From Amoebophrya sp. A120 (Eukaryota > Protista > Dinoflagellata): a stretch of 64,000 nt of DNA. Where the stretch lies: positions 6,815,612-6,879,611 of the forward strand of contig CAJINV010000003.1 in the NCBI GenBank assembly GCA_905178155.1, given 5' to 3'. Positions 24,047 through 37,600 of this stretch are shown in pieces. Within the stretch, counting starts at the first letter, position 1; each line of letters opens with the position of its first letter. Position numbers and translations under genes: made by a program. The notes beneath the pieces are model-generated. The model was not told the origin of the DNA and searched no databases. It worked only from the letters and a program-made list of their open reading frames with translations.

Positions 24047-26250
24047 TCAGCTACCCGCCCTGAAAACATGCGCTCCGGTATCCTCAGTGAAAACGTCCTC
24101 ACCCCAGGGTTGCCATGCTAAACAAAGGCATTGATTGCATTTGCACTTGCAGCACACTTCTGTGCCCGCCCGCCCGGCTGCCCCGCAGATGTTCGAGTTG
24201 TCATGCGGATTTGCATCTGCAGGAACATCACTGCGAATCCTCATGAGAGGCATCCTGAGTCGGATTTTTGTAGTCCTGGCGGTAAATAGGATTAGCAGAT
24301 CCAGATGCGGCCTTTGTGATGCGGCTGTGGTCTTTGCGAACCTGCTTACGCTACACTACACCAGATAGAAAATTAATTGTCATGATGCGCGACTCCGGAA
24401 GCTTGTGGATTTGTGTAACAACGTTTCCGGCTTGACGATGACTATGCGATGGGGACGTCGTTCTAGCGGATATTCGGTCTCGTCGAATTCCCGGATTTGG
24501 TCGCAGACAACGGAAGCAGCGGCGGTGTCTGCAGTTTTATTTCAGGCGAAAAGTGCACTGGGAATGGAAACGAGATTTTCTTCCGATATGAACACACTAA
24601 ACACACCATCAAGTTGTGCCAGTACTTGTCAACACGAGCCAATTTTTTTGATGACGATGACTGTGAAACAAGCGGTTGTGCTACTACTGTTGTACGTAAA
24701 GGTATGACTCATAGATATGATATTCAACTTCTGTTCCTATCAACAAATGTAAGAGTGCCACGTACCATGTCTTTTTCTTTTCTGCTAGAGAAATCAGATG
24801 ACATTTTTGGAGGAGACCACGTTGCTCGGTTGGGTTGTTCTGGTTCCGATTTGTTTCCGGAGGCACTGTAGGACGCCTTGTACATGCGACCGTTCCGATA
24901 GAATTCCCGAGACTTGTCGGTTGGCTGGTGCTGCTCTGGCACATAGTTGTGCGGCAAACCGTGGCCCACCGAGGGCTCCTCCTCCACTTCGCGGCGGGAA
25001 CCGACGGACTGCGAATGGTCGTTCCCGTATTTATTTTTGTAGGACCCCACGTCCTCCTCTTCGCGGCTGGAGAGGAACTGCTCATCGCTTCGGAAACCAC
25101 GACGCTCGACGTCCTGATATCCCCGACCCGTTGTGTCGTGAAACTGCTCAATGTCATCCTCGTCTTGTGTCAACATATGGTGTTCCGGGGCCACCAGATG
25201 CGGCGGTAGCGCATCGGAGGACATGGTAGTTTCATGCGGCCCGCCGCTGAGCACACCGGCGTCGCGCGGATCCAGGAAGTCCGAATCGTCTGCGACCATG
25301 ATTTCGCCGTTGACGTTATTCCTTACCGCGCGCTGTCGCATTTCCTCCAATCTCCGTTCGTGGTCATGTAATTCTGCTTCCTCAGCATCAAGAACATGAT
25401 CCTCTTCGTACGCTAGTTCAGCATGGTCCTGCTCGTAGCACTCCTGAGGATCTACTCTGCGGTCTTCATACTGCTCGGCGTGCTGTGATGCGGCACCAGC
25501 GGACGTGCGGAACTCGGAGACGCGGCGCTTGTGGTCTTCGATGCGGGCGGATATGCGGGCTGCCTCTTGGTGATCGGCCAGGCTGGGATCCTCAAGCAAC
25601 TTCACCAACATACCGTGGAGCTCGTCAATAGTTTCCATGAATTTCGGGCAGGTCACAGATCGCGAAGTTCTGAAAGTCCATTTTTGGACCGTCAAATTCA
25701 ATTAGGACTCATGGGGATATTTCATTTTCATAATATACACGTATTTCGCACGAAAGCACGACAAGATGTGAAGAACAAAAATAGGCAGACGCAACTTCTC
25801 TACGCTCCCACAATAAATGGAATCACCACGCTCGAATGGAAAGGGAAAAAGAGCAATATGATAGTATATTCCATTTCACGAATTACAGTTGTCACTAGGT
25901 ACAATAGAGCAATGAAAATGCTGAAATTGTGAATTGCATCTGAAGATTGAGTGCAGGATTATCGCGTCCGTGCGCTCAGAAACTCCGAATGGAAAGAAAC
26001 AGGAGCATAACAAAAAAAGTGAGGAAATGTAGAATGTATCTTACTCGTTGGCGCTCGTCGAAGTAGGGTTCCCGCGCTTTGAGGACGGCTCCTCAGCGAC
26101 ATGGCTGTTGTTGAGGCTCATGGAAACCCTCTCAGAAAAGGCACGGTAGCGCTCACCGAGCTTGTGCATCTCCAGGATCTGTTGCGTTTCGGTATCAAGC
26201 AGGTGGTGCTCTCGGTCGTCTTCTGGATCTGCAAGAACGGGACCCTGAAG
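24047..26250 (-). CDS. Hypothetical acidic/His-rich protein, multi-exon (main exon within ORF 24724-25701); may be continuous with the upstream hypothetical gene
   Basis: Long ORF with coding-like GC3 bias (ELHGMLVKLLEDPSLADHQEAARISARIEDHKRR), and further GC-rich exon-like blocks at ~26045-26245 and ~24050-24500 separated by AT-rich gaps. Confidence 0.5.
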
Positions 26251-26516
26251 CAGTAAATAGAAGGATGATCACTCCACGAGGATCAAACACGATTTGGGTT
26301 TTCAGGAAGTACAACGCATGGGAATAATATTCTTATGGGAATAATATTCCCACACGTATTTATCACATATATTCTTGTGTTGACTGTGCTTGCAATTCCG
26401 AAAAAGTTTACTAGAGCAGTAGTCTAAGAAGCATCACAAAAATCGCATCAACGCTGAGCGCATCGATATTTTTTTGATTTATTTTTAAATAGTTCAATTA
26501 TTCAAATTCAGTAAAT

Positions 26517-29500
26517 CTAAATATCCATGCGGTCGTTCTTGCAAGAACATTGTAACGTCCGTACCTGGCCTCCCCCGTCGTTGGCAAAGTTGCCTAGCTG
26601 TGGGGGGTTAGCGCAACTGTCGCGCACACCTGCGGAGTACACAGAAGTTTTTTGGTTGAACCGCACTGCCTTGCTTTCAGCCTCGGCAAGACCTCGAGGG
26701 TCGGAGACCTTTTTGAGGCACGAACCGGGATTGCTGGAGGAAGCTGCTGCGCCTCCGGGGCCACCTGCTCCCAAATTTGATAAAGCCTGCACGTCTGGGA
26801 TACCGCAGCCGACGCCAGACCGGCGGGGCGCATCGTGCTGTTGCTGTTGTTCTGAAGAGGGGGGCGCCGAGTATGGCCTTCTCAACTCGATTACTTTCTC
26901 AGGCGTTACTTACACCCTCGAGAGCGTTCTTCATGGCAAAACAGCAAAGGAAAACGAAAAGCAAGACACGCTGCGCCGTTCGGATGACAAATTTTGCAAA
27001 GATCTTGACCCTTTTCGAGGCATCTCACATGTGTGATGCTAAAACAACCGCACCGACATTCATCGCCATTGTCCATTATCGCTTTGAAGATGAACATCTC
27101 ACATTTGTGATGCGTAGCTTGAAGATGAAAATGCGAAAAGAGCAGGCGACGCAGATTTATTTAGGTTGAAAAACAAAAACGTCTTTGCTGTGTAACAGCT
27201 GAGAGTGTAACACGTGAGGAGGCCATACCATGCGGGGTAGGTAGTAGGGATCGGCGGAGATGATCTGGTCAGGCGCAGGTGGCGCTGCCATGGACGCTCC
27301 GGCACCGAGCTGAGGTTGAGTCAGGACCGGGTTCGTGGGCGGGACCTCATATTTTTATAAGATGCGACTGTATTTTTCAACATCAACTACATATTGTTAG
27401 TTTGTTTACTTGTTGCCCCGTGCTGCATGCTGCTCACAGCAAACTTTATTCCGTAATTAGAATAAATAAGATCAGATGTTGCCAGGTTGCGTGCACGACG
27501 AGAGTAGTAGTAGACCAGCAACTTTTACTCCGTGAAAGAACCTGGTCGACGACGTCGTGTATTGCTGCCCCTGGATTTTCTGGTTGCGGCTGGAAGTTTG
27601 GAAGGAGACGGACGCGCTCTACCGGGGCACACATCTTCACGTCAAGGCGGAGTGTGCCATCGCTGTTCTCTCCCAGCAACACCGCCGGAATCCAACGGTT
27701 ATGGGTGGTGGAATAATACTCCACGTTCGGCTCCACACGCGTAACTTGGTTCAGGATTCCTTCCTTTGACGACGAGTTGGATGTGCCTCTCTGGTGCGGT
27801 TGATGCTGCATCTGACCCATCGCCCCCTGTAGTTGTTGCCACGAAGGAACTTCCGTCCCGCGGCCAACTTGTACGATGTTGCCGTTGACGGGTCCTCCCA
27901 CGGCGGCGTTACTGAAGTTGGTGCCCATACGCTGCACACCACCCTGCAGCTGTGTAGTTTTCTGATTTTATTTTTGCGCACTACAAGAACGTGAACGACT
28001 CACCGTAATCACGGGTTCTTTCTTTCAGCATGATTCCCGGAACTCAACTGGAGTTGCAAATCCGTTGAAGATTGTGCATTTACATCCAACAATTATACCT
28101 GAGGCGGTGCGCCCCCGTCCGCAAGATTGTTGCTGCTGAACGCCAATGGGTTTGCTGCAACCTTCCCCAGAGTGAGTGGTCCTTGTTTGTGCAAGGGGTC
28201 GACGTTTAAAAATTTAAGCGGTTGCGCATCCAAGGACACGAATTTCTGGGGCGGTAATTGACCCGCCACCGAGTGAAACCGTTTAATCGTTTCCATCATC
28301 TTCTGCTGGATCGTATCGCTCTCTTGCTTCAATCCCACGGCGTTCGCCCGAATCTTCTGGGCCTCTGGAGGTTGCAGGGGACGGACGTTCAGCTCGGGCC
28401 GCGCCTTGAATTCGAACGGCTGGCTCATGGTCGTCATCACCTTCGCCATCATCTCCTGTAAGGGGGCAACAGGCTTTGTGGGTTATAAGCTAACCAAAGC
28501 ACTAGCACACGACATATGATATGGTATCAATCCCCTGTAGTTCCTGTATGTTGAAACAACGCGAAAAGTAGTTCTACTGACGCTGAGGAGGCAGAGCCAC
28601 GTCAAGGTCAATCACAAGAAGATATTATAAGTAAAAAGAAGCCGGCACCGGGACCGGCTATAATATTTGAGGTTCACCTCCATCGACGGTGGCTGCTCTT
28701 GCTCTTTTGTGAAGAAGCTGAACGTGTTTGGATCCAACGGTGGCAGTATAGGCGCGCCTGAGCCGGGAGCGGCGGTCAGTCCTGCCTGCTGCGCATCTTC
28801 TGCAAGAATCGTAGTGTTTGGATTTTCCATGGTGGCAGACACCATCTGGTCGCGTGGTGCAGTGGCTGCCGCTGGCTCCGTACCGCTCGCCTCCTCCCGG
28901 GCGTCTTCCGGGTTTCTCGTTTTTGAAGGGTTTTTGTGCAGCTCGGGTACGCTTGCGTCCTCTTGAGCACCAGCAGCAGCTGACAATTTTTGGGCGACTA
29001 CCCCGGGTGACGCTACCGCGACCAGTGATGTGGGCGTCACACCGAGTATCGCTGGCGGGGTAAGTGGCATGACCTTGCTAGTCGACGAGGAGGAGCCAAC
29101 GGCGGGCAGGGTCGGTGCTGCAGCCGCAGCAGCCGCGTTCTGTTGTTGCAAGCGCTATAATTTCAACATCGAACAAGCAGTGGCAAGCACTAGAGCAAGG
29201 ACGCGACATTGTCTTGTTCTACTTATGCACGTCTTACGGCCCCCTTTAGAGAGCTCTTCTGCTACTGTTCTTGAAGGCAGTCGTCGGTTTTCCCTTCGCC
29301 TTCTACTCTACTTGCATGTGTCATGTAAGTAGTAGACTAAGAGATGACAAGAAGTCAACAAATGGACGTAGTAGCAGGAGCAGCAGTTGTACTAGCAAGA
29401 TTTTCTATCTAAGTACCTCTGCATTTTGCTTCTCCTTGTGCTGAGCAGCGAGGCCAGCGAACAGGTTTGGCGCTTGAAGCTGTCCGGGAACCGGCTTCGT

Positions 29501-31050
29501 GCCGGGGACAACAGTAAGGGAGCTGCCGTCCACCGGTTCGAACTGAACCATGCTGGCTGGGTCGACCGCTCCACCCCCGGCCTGGTCCACTCCGGCTGGT
29601 GCGTCTTTGCTCCCAAAGAACCAGTTCGCGGCATTGGAAATGAACTCGGGCACGATAGCCTTCTTGTTGTTCATATTCTCGGGACCACCGGGACTGCTGC
29701 TACTCCTGGCTCCACCCGCTCCGACGGCAACTCCGTTGGTCGTCGCTCCCGCACCCCCATCGTCGGAACCGGTGACCGTGGAAGCGAAATTATCGGACGA
29801 GGTGGGTGCTACCTGCTGGAACTGCTGACGCGGCGGCGATGCGGCGACCCCGGCTCCGGCGGCGGTGAAAACCGGCTGCTGCTGTGTGAGAGAGATAGCT
29901 GGCAAGGTAGCGGGCTTCAACAGCGGTGCCCCCCCGGGCGTTAGGGCATTGCCGACTAGTGCAGCGCCGGGAGGTGAAGCTGTTGTACTCGCAGCGGGGG
30001 CTGTCGCCGGGGCCAATGCCAACACTGGCCCTGCAGACGCCTGCTGTGGCTGGTACTCGCTGTTTACGTAATTCAGAAACTGCTGCTCCTCGTCGTTGGA
30101 GCTGGGGTAGCAGCTTGGCTCTGCGTCCTGTGCCGCGAGATCTAACTTCGTGCGAACGGATTCCAGAACCAACTTCTGCAAGTGCACCACATTGCGCTCC
30201 CATTCCTAATGTCATTCATTTTTTATTCATCATAAAAATTTTGGTTTGCATCGTGGTGGTGGTGCTGCTACTTCTGCGGTCACGGTCACAACAAAATTTT
30301 TTTTTAGCAACTCGGACTTTTGCGTAGGTCTAGGTAGTTTGTAAATCATCACATTTCATTCGATCGGTATAATATTTTTTGGTACTCGCTTAGTACCTCA
30401 TCTCCGTTCATTTTCTGCACGTACCGGCAGAGCTCCAAACGATCCGGCTCGAGGAGGTGATGACTCACACTTGCGGTTACCAACTGGGCCTTCTGAATCA
30501 TCTCCTTCAGCAACGCCTTGAGTAAGTCAAATGACGACAATTCTCCCAAATTCATTGCTATAGGCACAGGGGAGCGGCCCCGTTATGATAAAACAAGAAG
30601 CACATGATCGGTGCAATCGCTTACTAGATTAACTTACACGAAGGAGGCTCTTCCAGGAAAACGCTATCTTCTAGTCATATGATCTCTTTCCACCTTCTTG
30701 TCTGTGCCATTGATTATTTGCGAAAAAGTACCGAGTAAAAAATCGTACAAATTCTAGGTGGCGGTAACTAATGCAAAGGCAAGAGCAGACGAAGTGAAGG
30801 TGTACCAGCGCTGCGAGTGTATGGAACTTCTTGTTGCTGTTCGGAAGCTGCCGGCAGAAATCCAGGTAGTATTGCACATGGCTGGCGTAGCTGGTCAGGG
30901 AGGCTTCCACCTCTTGTTTCCTCTTCTCCGTTTCCGCGGTATCCGCAGATCCTATTTTCTCCCCCATGCCAGGCGTCATTGCGTTGTGGTACAACAATCA
31001 CACGGCCACGCCTACAACTTTGGTAGAACCGGATTTCCCGTGCCTTTGTC
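26517..31050 (-). CDS. Hypothetical low-complexity protein(s), multi-exon
   Basis: Successive minus-strand exon-like ORFs 30671-30997, 30349-30567, 29405-30190, 28612-29151, 28093-28452, 27446-27937 and 26517-26885. One small globular-looking module VEYYSTTHNRWIPAVLLGENSDGTLRLDVK. Confidence 0.55.
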
Positions 31051-32391
31051 TTCCGTCGGAGGTGTAGTAGGGAGAAAACCTATTCTTGCGATATCTTCAG
31101 GAAGAAGCCGGATCATTCATAATTCCGTGCATAAGGGGAGGTGCAGGGCGACTTTCACATTTTTTGAAACAAAAACCCCTTTTTTGACATCAATTTTTGT
31201 CAAAGATTTGCCTTTGCTTCCATATTCATGCGCCAGACGAAATTGAGATCGATTTTCCCATGAACAAAGTCAAAGTAGGAAAACAATACAAGGTTCTACT
31301 TGTTCGAAAAAAGACGATCGGTTCACCAGTTCTACACTACAATCTTCGTGCAGGAAAAAGTAGATGCAATAGATGATACAACGAGACATACGATGCTGCA
31401 CATGAAAATTTGATTATATATCGAGCGTGTTTTTATTGGTGGCGAAAACGAATATAGTCCTAGGTTAGTCGCAGCCAGAATGATAGTAGTAAACACGCAC
31501 ACGTGAAGATGAAAGTCGAGCACAAACGGACACGTAAGGCTTCTCTCAATTGACGCCCTCTCTCAAACAGAGCTCCTGCTCGTGGTTTGCCCTTGCCTGT
31601 TTTTCTATCTTCTGCTCAGAAAATGCAAACGGAAGCGCATTGGACAACAAGTCAAGGTGTGTCGAGACAGAAAAACGAAACACATCAATTATCCATCTTG
31701 TTGGGGACGGGGAGTTGGTGCGAAAAACAAGCCAGGCAACTATAGTAGAAGGGAATATGTATCAGCACGATACAGCGAGAAGGTTCGATGCCTTTTAGCC
31801 CAGCTCGTTACAACAACTAGGTGGAACAACTTCGTCTGGGTCTGCACCTCGTCCAGACGGCCCGCGGCCGAACGAAGCTTGTGTCTTGATCTTGTCCTCC
31901 CCGCGCTGCCATTCCTGGGGGACTACAGTCTAAGCATGGGCGCTATCGACGGAGCAGATGACACCACGAATTGGTTTTCCACCCCGGTGGCAGAGGACGA
32001 CGCTGCTCCAATCAAGGCATATTCGTAGGGAAGCAGATCCTTTGACACAAAAAGGTATCGTACATTTAAGCCTGCTGTTGACACATTCATATTTTCAGGA
32101 TTTCTTGGCGGAGAGCCGTCGTTCATTGTTACCAATATCGAGGATTCTGGTGACGCTGCACCAGCGAAGGGGCAGCGCATTTCCTCCGAGAGTAATTTTG
32201 AAACAAGCATTCTTTTGTTTTGTCAGTTTTGACTTCGGCCGTCAAGCTCACGAAGCACATCAATCAACATGATTGCGGTACAACCTACAGACCCATTCAA
32301 TAGGAGGTGTGTGATGGTGGAAACGAGGACCTGTAAGCACCTGGATTTTATTCAGTACACATGTTTGACATGATGATTCGGCAAATGTTCT

Positions 32392-33888
32392 TCACACCGC
32401 CACCGAAAGTACTTGTACTTTCTTTGTCGTCGTAGCACCAGATGTACCGCCAACCGCTGTGAGTCCATGACTCGCGAGTAATTGTTTCCGCCTCGCAGCG
32501 GCGCTCAGCTGCTGGCTCAGATTATGATCAGTTGGGGAGGCAGACTTGCTGCGGAGGTGTGTCTATGCATTGCAAAAGTGTCCTCGCACTGGTTGTGCAA
32601 AATACTACGCATATTTTTACAAAAGTTTTAGAGAACAAGAAAAAGAATGCAACTTGTCATGCTAGTAGATCAGGAAGAAAGATAGACATAGATCTGTCAA
32701 GCATGACTGCAGTCAGTACGAGTACGATACTTTTGTTGCAGAGGATAGTGTCGTGCTCGTGGCGCGCCCGGGTTCCCCATGCAAAGCCGCGGACTTTGCA
32801 CGGGCGACGGCGAGTTCCGTCTGCCGGAGCAGGGTCTCCTGGCGTTTGTTCGCACGAATGCGGGCGATGCGGGAATCGGTACGTTCCTTGTCTCGCAAAG
32901 CCTTCAGTTCACGCTCCTTCCAGTACAGCTCCCGCTTTTCCGCCCGCAGGTATGCCATCTCCTCGTCGATGCCGTGCGAGTACGCCTTCTGCAGAATGTG
33001 TTCCTCCGCCTCCCTCTTCCGCACGCTCACATGACCGGCCTTGCTCTCGTTCAGTACGCGCTGCATATCCTGTTCATCCGTCATCAGAGTGTACTCCGTG
33101 GCTAAAGCCATATGAGGGGGAAAAATGGGGTTGTTCACGTGGTCAAATATGAATATATCAATGAATTTACCAGGCAAAAACAAAATAAAAATGCGAAAAA
33201 CAAATACAAAAAGCATGCGAGGACATAGTGCTGCATTTGCATGTAGGCAGCTTCTGCGAAGTTCTTGTGTGCAACGAGCAACGGCGACCGCAGCTTACTT
33301 TTCAAACCGATTATAGCAGGGACACTTCGATCCTTTTGGAAGCTCGGTCGCGGAACAGGATGAAATTATGCTAATTTATATCAGCCCTGTAGCTCCTACC
33401 CAGCGGGGTCGTGCGGACCAGCATAACCAAGAATCTCACGTGACTCAAACACACTTTAGGTTGGATTGGGTACTCTGTCAGGTAGGGGCTTTTGGAAAGC
33501 TTTCTGACCCACCGCTCTTCCCCGAACCGTCGATTGAATCCCAGGGCTTCGCGGTAAACCTGGCGCAATTTCATCAATGTGTCGCAAGTCTTCAAAATTG
33601 AAAGAAAGTAGCGACCAATGGGAAAACATGGTGTAGTCCACTGCTGATGACGTTGAAGAGGGCTCTCGTTTGATTCTACTCCATGCCTTAGATGAAATAT
33701 TTATTAGGACAAGAAGCTACTTCATCCGTCTTGCGGAGCGACAGCCGGGCCTGCTCCCTTTCCGCCAGACGACTAGCAATGATAGCAGTGGACTCGCAGC
33801 GCGCATTGGCACAGTGCTCCAGCTTTTTCATTAACCGGAGCTCTGGGTTTTGCCCCTTGGAAAACCGGGCTGCGTAGTCTTCCGGCAT
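32392..33888 (-). CDS. Hypothetical coiled-coil protein, about 4 exons
   Basis: Exon-like ORFs 33688-33888, 33371-33595 and 32748-33111 (AYLRAEKRELYWKERELKALRDKE). After removing 32564-32747 the frame continues THLRSKSASP... to a TGA at 32392-32394. Confidence 0.6.
32564..32747. mobile_element. Introner, family A (184 bp)
   Basis: TATGCATTGCAAAAGTGTC...GATACTTTTGTTGCAGAGGATA with GTGTC at 32559-32563 and 32748-32752. Excision leaves an open frame; no GT-AG register. Confidence 0.88.
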
Positions 33889-34622
33889 TCTTTTGTATCC
33901 AAATTATCAAGCTGCTGCGCATGCGCGGCGCATCAACACGCGAAGAAAAAAAGCAAATCTCTTTCACGCACCGGAACTATTGGCTATAAGGTTATTTTCA
34001 AGGCTGATGTTGGCGAGGTACAGGGGACATTAAGATTAACCAAGAGCATTTGACGCAACATATCACTAACGTTCGACATTTTCGAAATCACTTCTCATTC
34101 TCTGCGCTCGACCACTGGAGGCACTACGTATAAAGTCAAGCCTTTTCCCTCACCTCGAGCACTCAGATAGGAGCTTTCTCATCTTCATTGGCGACGAATG
34201 TGCGACGATGGTGTTGAACGAGCGCGAACTACTTCATTTTTTTGATCAGAATGCGGCGCCGCATTCTCTATTTTGTCCTCCGTTTTTAGTTCTGCTGCAA
34301 GGAGGAGATAGGGGCCACATTATGAGCAAAACACATATGATCACGCTGATGCGTTCAAGTTTTTGTCTTCTCGGAATCCAATGTAAAGAACTACATGGGA
34401 GTTGCTTCATCTAAACATTCATCGGGCAACTAGCTGTGCGTCAGAGTCGGTGAAGATCTTCATCGTATGGAAGCACGAACTTTTTTAATTATTCCCCTCT
34501 CAGAGCGGTAGAGGCTCTTCGTCATCGACGACAATACGACGACACCAGCTTATTTTTCATGGTGGTCGCTTGGGTTTCAATGTAAATAGGATCACATGCT
34601 GATGTTGTTGCTGTGAATCCAT

Positions 34623-37600
34623 CTAAGGCGTCAATCGCTTGGGGTCGCGAGGGAAGAGACTGGTGCGACGGATGTTGTCTAGACCTAGAAACAACATGAC
34701 CACGCGCTCCAAACCCACTCCACCACCCGCGTGCGGGAAGGCACCCATACTGAAACTGTCTGTGTAGTACTGGTCGGGAACCATTTCTTTCTCCTTTGCG
34801 AGTTTTACAAGCAGCTCCGGGTCGTGAATGCGCTGGGCACCTGCGAAATTTTTTCAGTACTGCAATCGTTTGGCTACAAAGGAAAGTCACGAATAATGGA
34901 GAAGATCAAGAAATGGGCGGGAGAAATTGCATTTACTGTAGTTGTCAGGTCCCTAGTTGTAATGTCGACGACCTCGACAGTTGCAGAATATTTAGCAAAA
35001 AGTTCGTGTGATCTCAGTCTTTACATTTTTTTGTTTACGTAGTCGTAGACGTAGTAGAAGTCATAAACGTAGGTATCAAGTACCGCTCATGATTTCTTCG
35101 CCGCGCATGAAAATGTCGTAACTGTTGGACCATTCGGGGTTATTCGGATCGGGCATGGTGTAAAAGGGACGGACAGCCGCGGGGAACTTGTCGATGATGT
35201 AGAACTCGGTTTGGTACTTTCGCTTGACGATTTCGCCGAGGATCTTCTCGTCCTTGGTGGACACGTCTTCCAGGTATGGCTTCTCGGCAAGCGTGGCCCG
35301 GTGCTCCATCGCTTTCTCCGCGACGTCCCAGAGCCGAGTGCGCTCCTCGGCGTCGGTAGTCTCGTTCGCGAGCTTCTCGTAGTTCGCAATCTGCTCGGTG
35401 GCGACAGCCGGCCCCTCGGTCCGCAAGAGGTCGATCGCCTCCTTGAAGGTGAAGATCTTGCAGGGACTGTCCTTGTTGTACAGCATGTTAGCGAAGGGAA
35501 ACTGCTGCCGCACCGCTTCGATCTCTGCACTGCACCGGTCGTTTAATGCGTTGAAGATGTAGCGGAAACATCGATCCAGAACCTGATTCCAAAACAAATA
35601 AGGGCCTTGCCGATTTTTCGATAGTACTACTTCAGTTTCGACTCCATGACTGTTCGCGCTCAAAGCGCCTAGAAGAATGTAGATGTACACAACTACTAGT
35701 ACTACGTCATATCTGCCTTAGATACGAATACTATTCGTATTCATGCGCCACCATATGAACCAAAAGCGTAAAAAAGTCAAATTTTTGATACGTCCAGCAC
35801 TTCGTGATAATGTTCGACGAAGTGCATTTCCATATCGAGACCCATGAACTCGGTCATGTGCCGGTGGGTAAAGCTGTCTTCGGACCGGAAAACGGGTCCG
35901 ATCTCGAACACCTTCGGGAAATCGCACATCAGGGCCATTTGTTTGTAGAGCTGGGGGCTTTGTGCGAGAAACGCGTTGTTGAGACCGTACCTGGAAAAGA
36001 AGTAAAATACGATTTCCTTTTCAATATCGGAAACATTCAAAATCGTCACTCAAGTAAATTTAGATTTCATCTTCAAGGAGGAACACATCTAAAAATAAAC
36101 AGCTTGTAGTTCTTGAACAGTGCTGAAGCTCTACTGCCGCAGTCCTAGGTTTAAACTACGCAACACCAAAAGCAAAGGAAGATGAGAGCAGCGAACAAGT
36201 AGCAAACATCCTTACTTGGGAAAGTAATCAACTCGGAAGACTTCGGCACCACCCTCGGAGCCCCCGGCGAGCATTTTCGGGGAGTGGATCTCTATGAAGC
36301 CTTCTTGCAACAAGAATTCGCGGAAAAAAGTACAGACACCAGACTGGATGCGGAAGATGCCCTGGTTCGCTCGGGTCCGCAGATCGATCACGCGGTGATT
36401 CAAGCGGGTTTCCAGGTGCACCTGAACGCCGTCCCCCCCCTCGTTCATAGGCCGGCTGGCGTCCGCGAGCTGAAACGGCAGCTCTTTTGCCTTACTCACA
36501 CAATACAACTTTTTTACCAGGAGCTCGTACTGCTTGATTGTCAGGATATCGGACTGTATCGGTGCCGGCGGCTTGGTCACCGTCGCCAGGACGTCGATCA
36601 CGCTTTCGTTCGTCAGCTCTTTGGCAAATGCAACGACCTGGAGGGCAGTGGTGAAAGTCCATGTTAGAAATGAAAAACATGATGTCTACTTCGAACACAC
36701 AGACATAAACCAAGTGCCAGCCTTACAGCGCGGCTTGTCCAGCAGTACCAGTTTGGCAACGTGCACGTAGTGCACCCACGTCTGCATGAAAAAAATAAGA
36801 ACCTTTTTCCCTATTTCGCTTTCCGGTGCAGCTTGCAGCGCGGTGTCGATGACTTCCGGGTCCACCATAACCTGCATGAGGTGGAGGTTTTGGCGGATCA
36901 GCACGAACGAGCGCTTCCCCTGAATACGCGCGTTGTGCACTCGGCATCGCACCCAGATGTCCTGGCCCACGTCCGCTTCACCAAGCGACCCCAACTGCCG
37001 CCACGTGCGGTTCGTTTTGCACTCCGACTGGATGAACAGATTGCCGTACGGGCCCGTGGTGTCCGGGTTCGGAAAGTCTTCGGTGAGCCGGTACTCAGGA
37101 ACATCGCCGAGCTTGTTCTTTCCGCCTTTTTTTCGTTCCTCTTCGGCCTTTATGCAACGCAAATGTGTCTTACTCTTGGTCCGCTGGAAACATCCAAACT
37201 TGTGGCGCTCTCCATCCGTCACGCAAAAGTCTGCTCGTGGGTTGTGAGTAGCAGGAGTTGCTCTCTTCTCAGCACGTACACGGTGAAAAATCTCTCTAAA
37301 CTTGCATGGAGACTCGGTCTCGGTGAGAGTGAGAGGCCTTCGTAATAAAAACACCTCTACTTCTGATGCTACATGCTGTGAAGACTCCCAGAGGACCTCT
37401 GTCGGTGAGGCAAAAGCTATAGCTGCATGCCAAACTAACAACTGCTGTGATGTTCCAAACTCCCAGACAAATTTGCATCTGATAGCCTTCTTGCGCTCCG
37501 CCTTGGCCGTCTTCTCAGCCTCCTTTGCGGCCTTCTTTGCCGCTTTCCGCGCCTCCTTCTCCTCGTCGACCTCCTTCGCTTCTTGATTTGGGTCCTCCTC

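Noticed and set aside
31332-32210. Small minus-strand exon-like ORFs
   Set aside because: Possibly a short gene, but no consistent spliced frame or motif could be supported.
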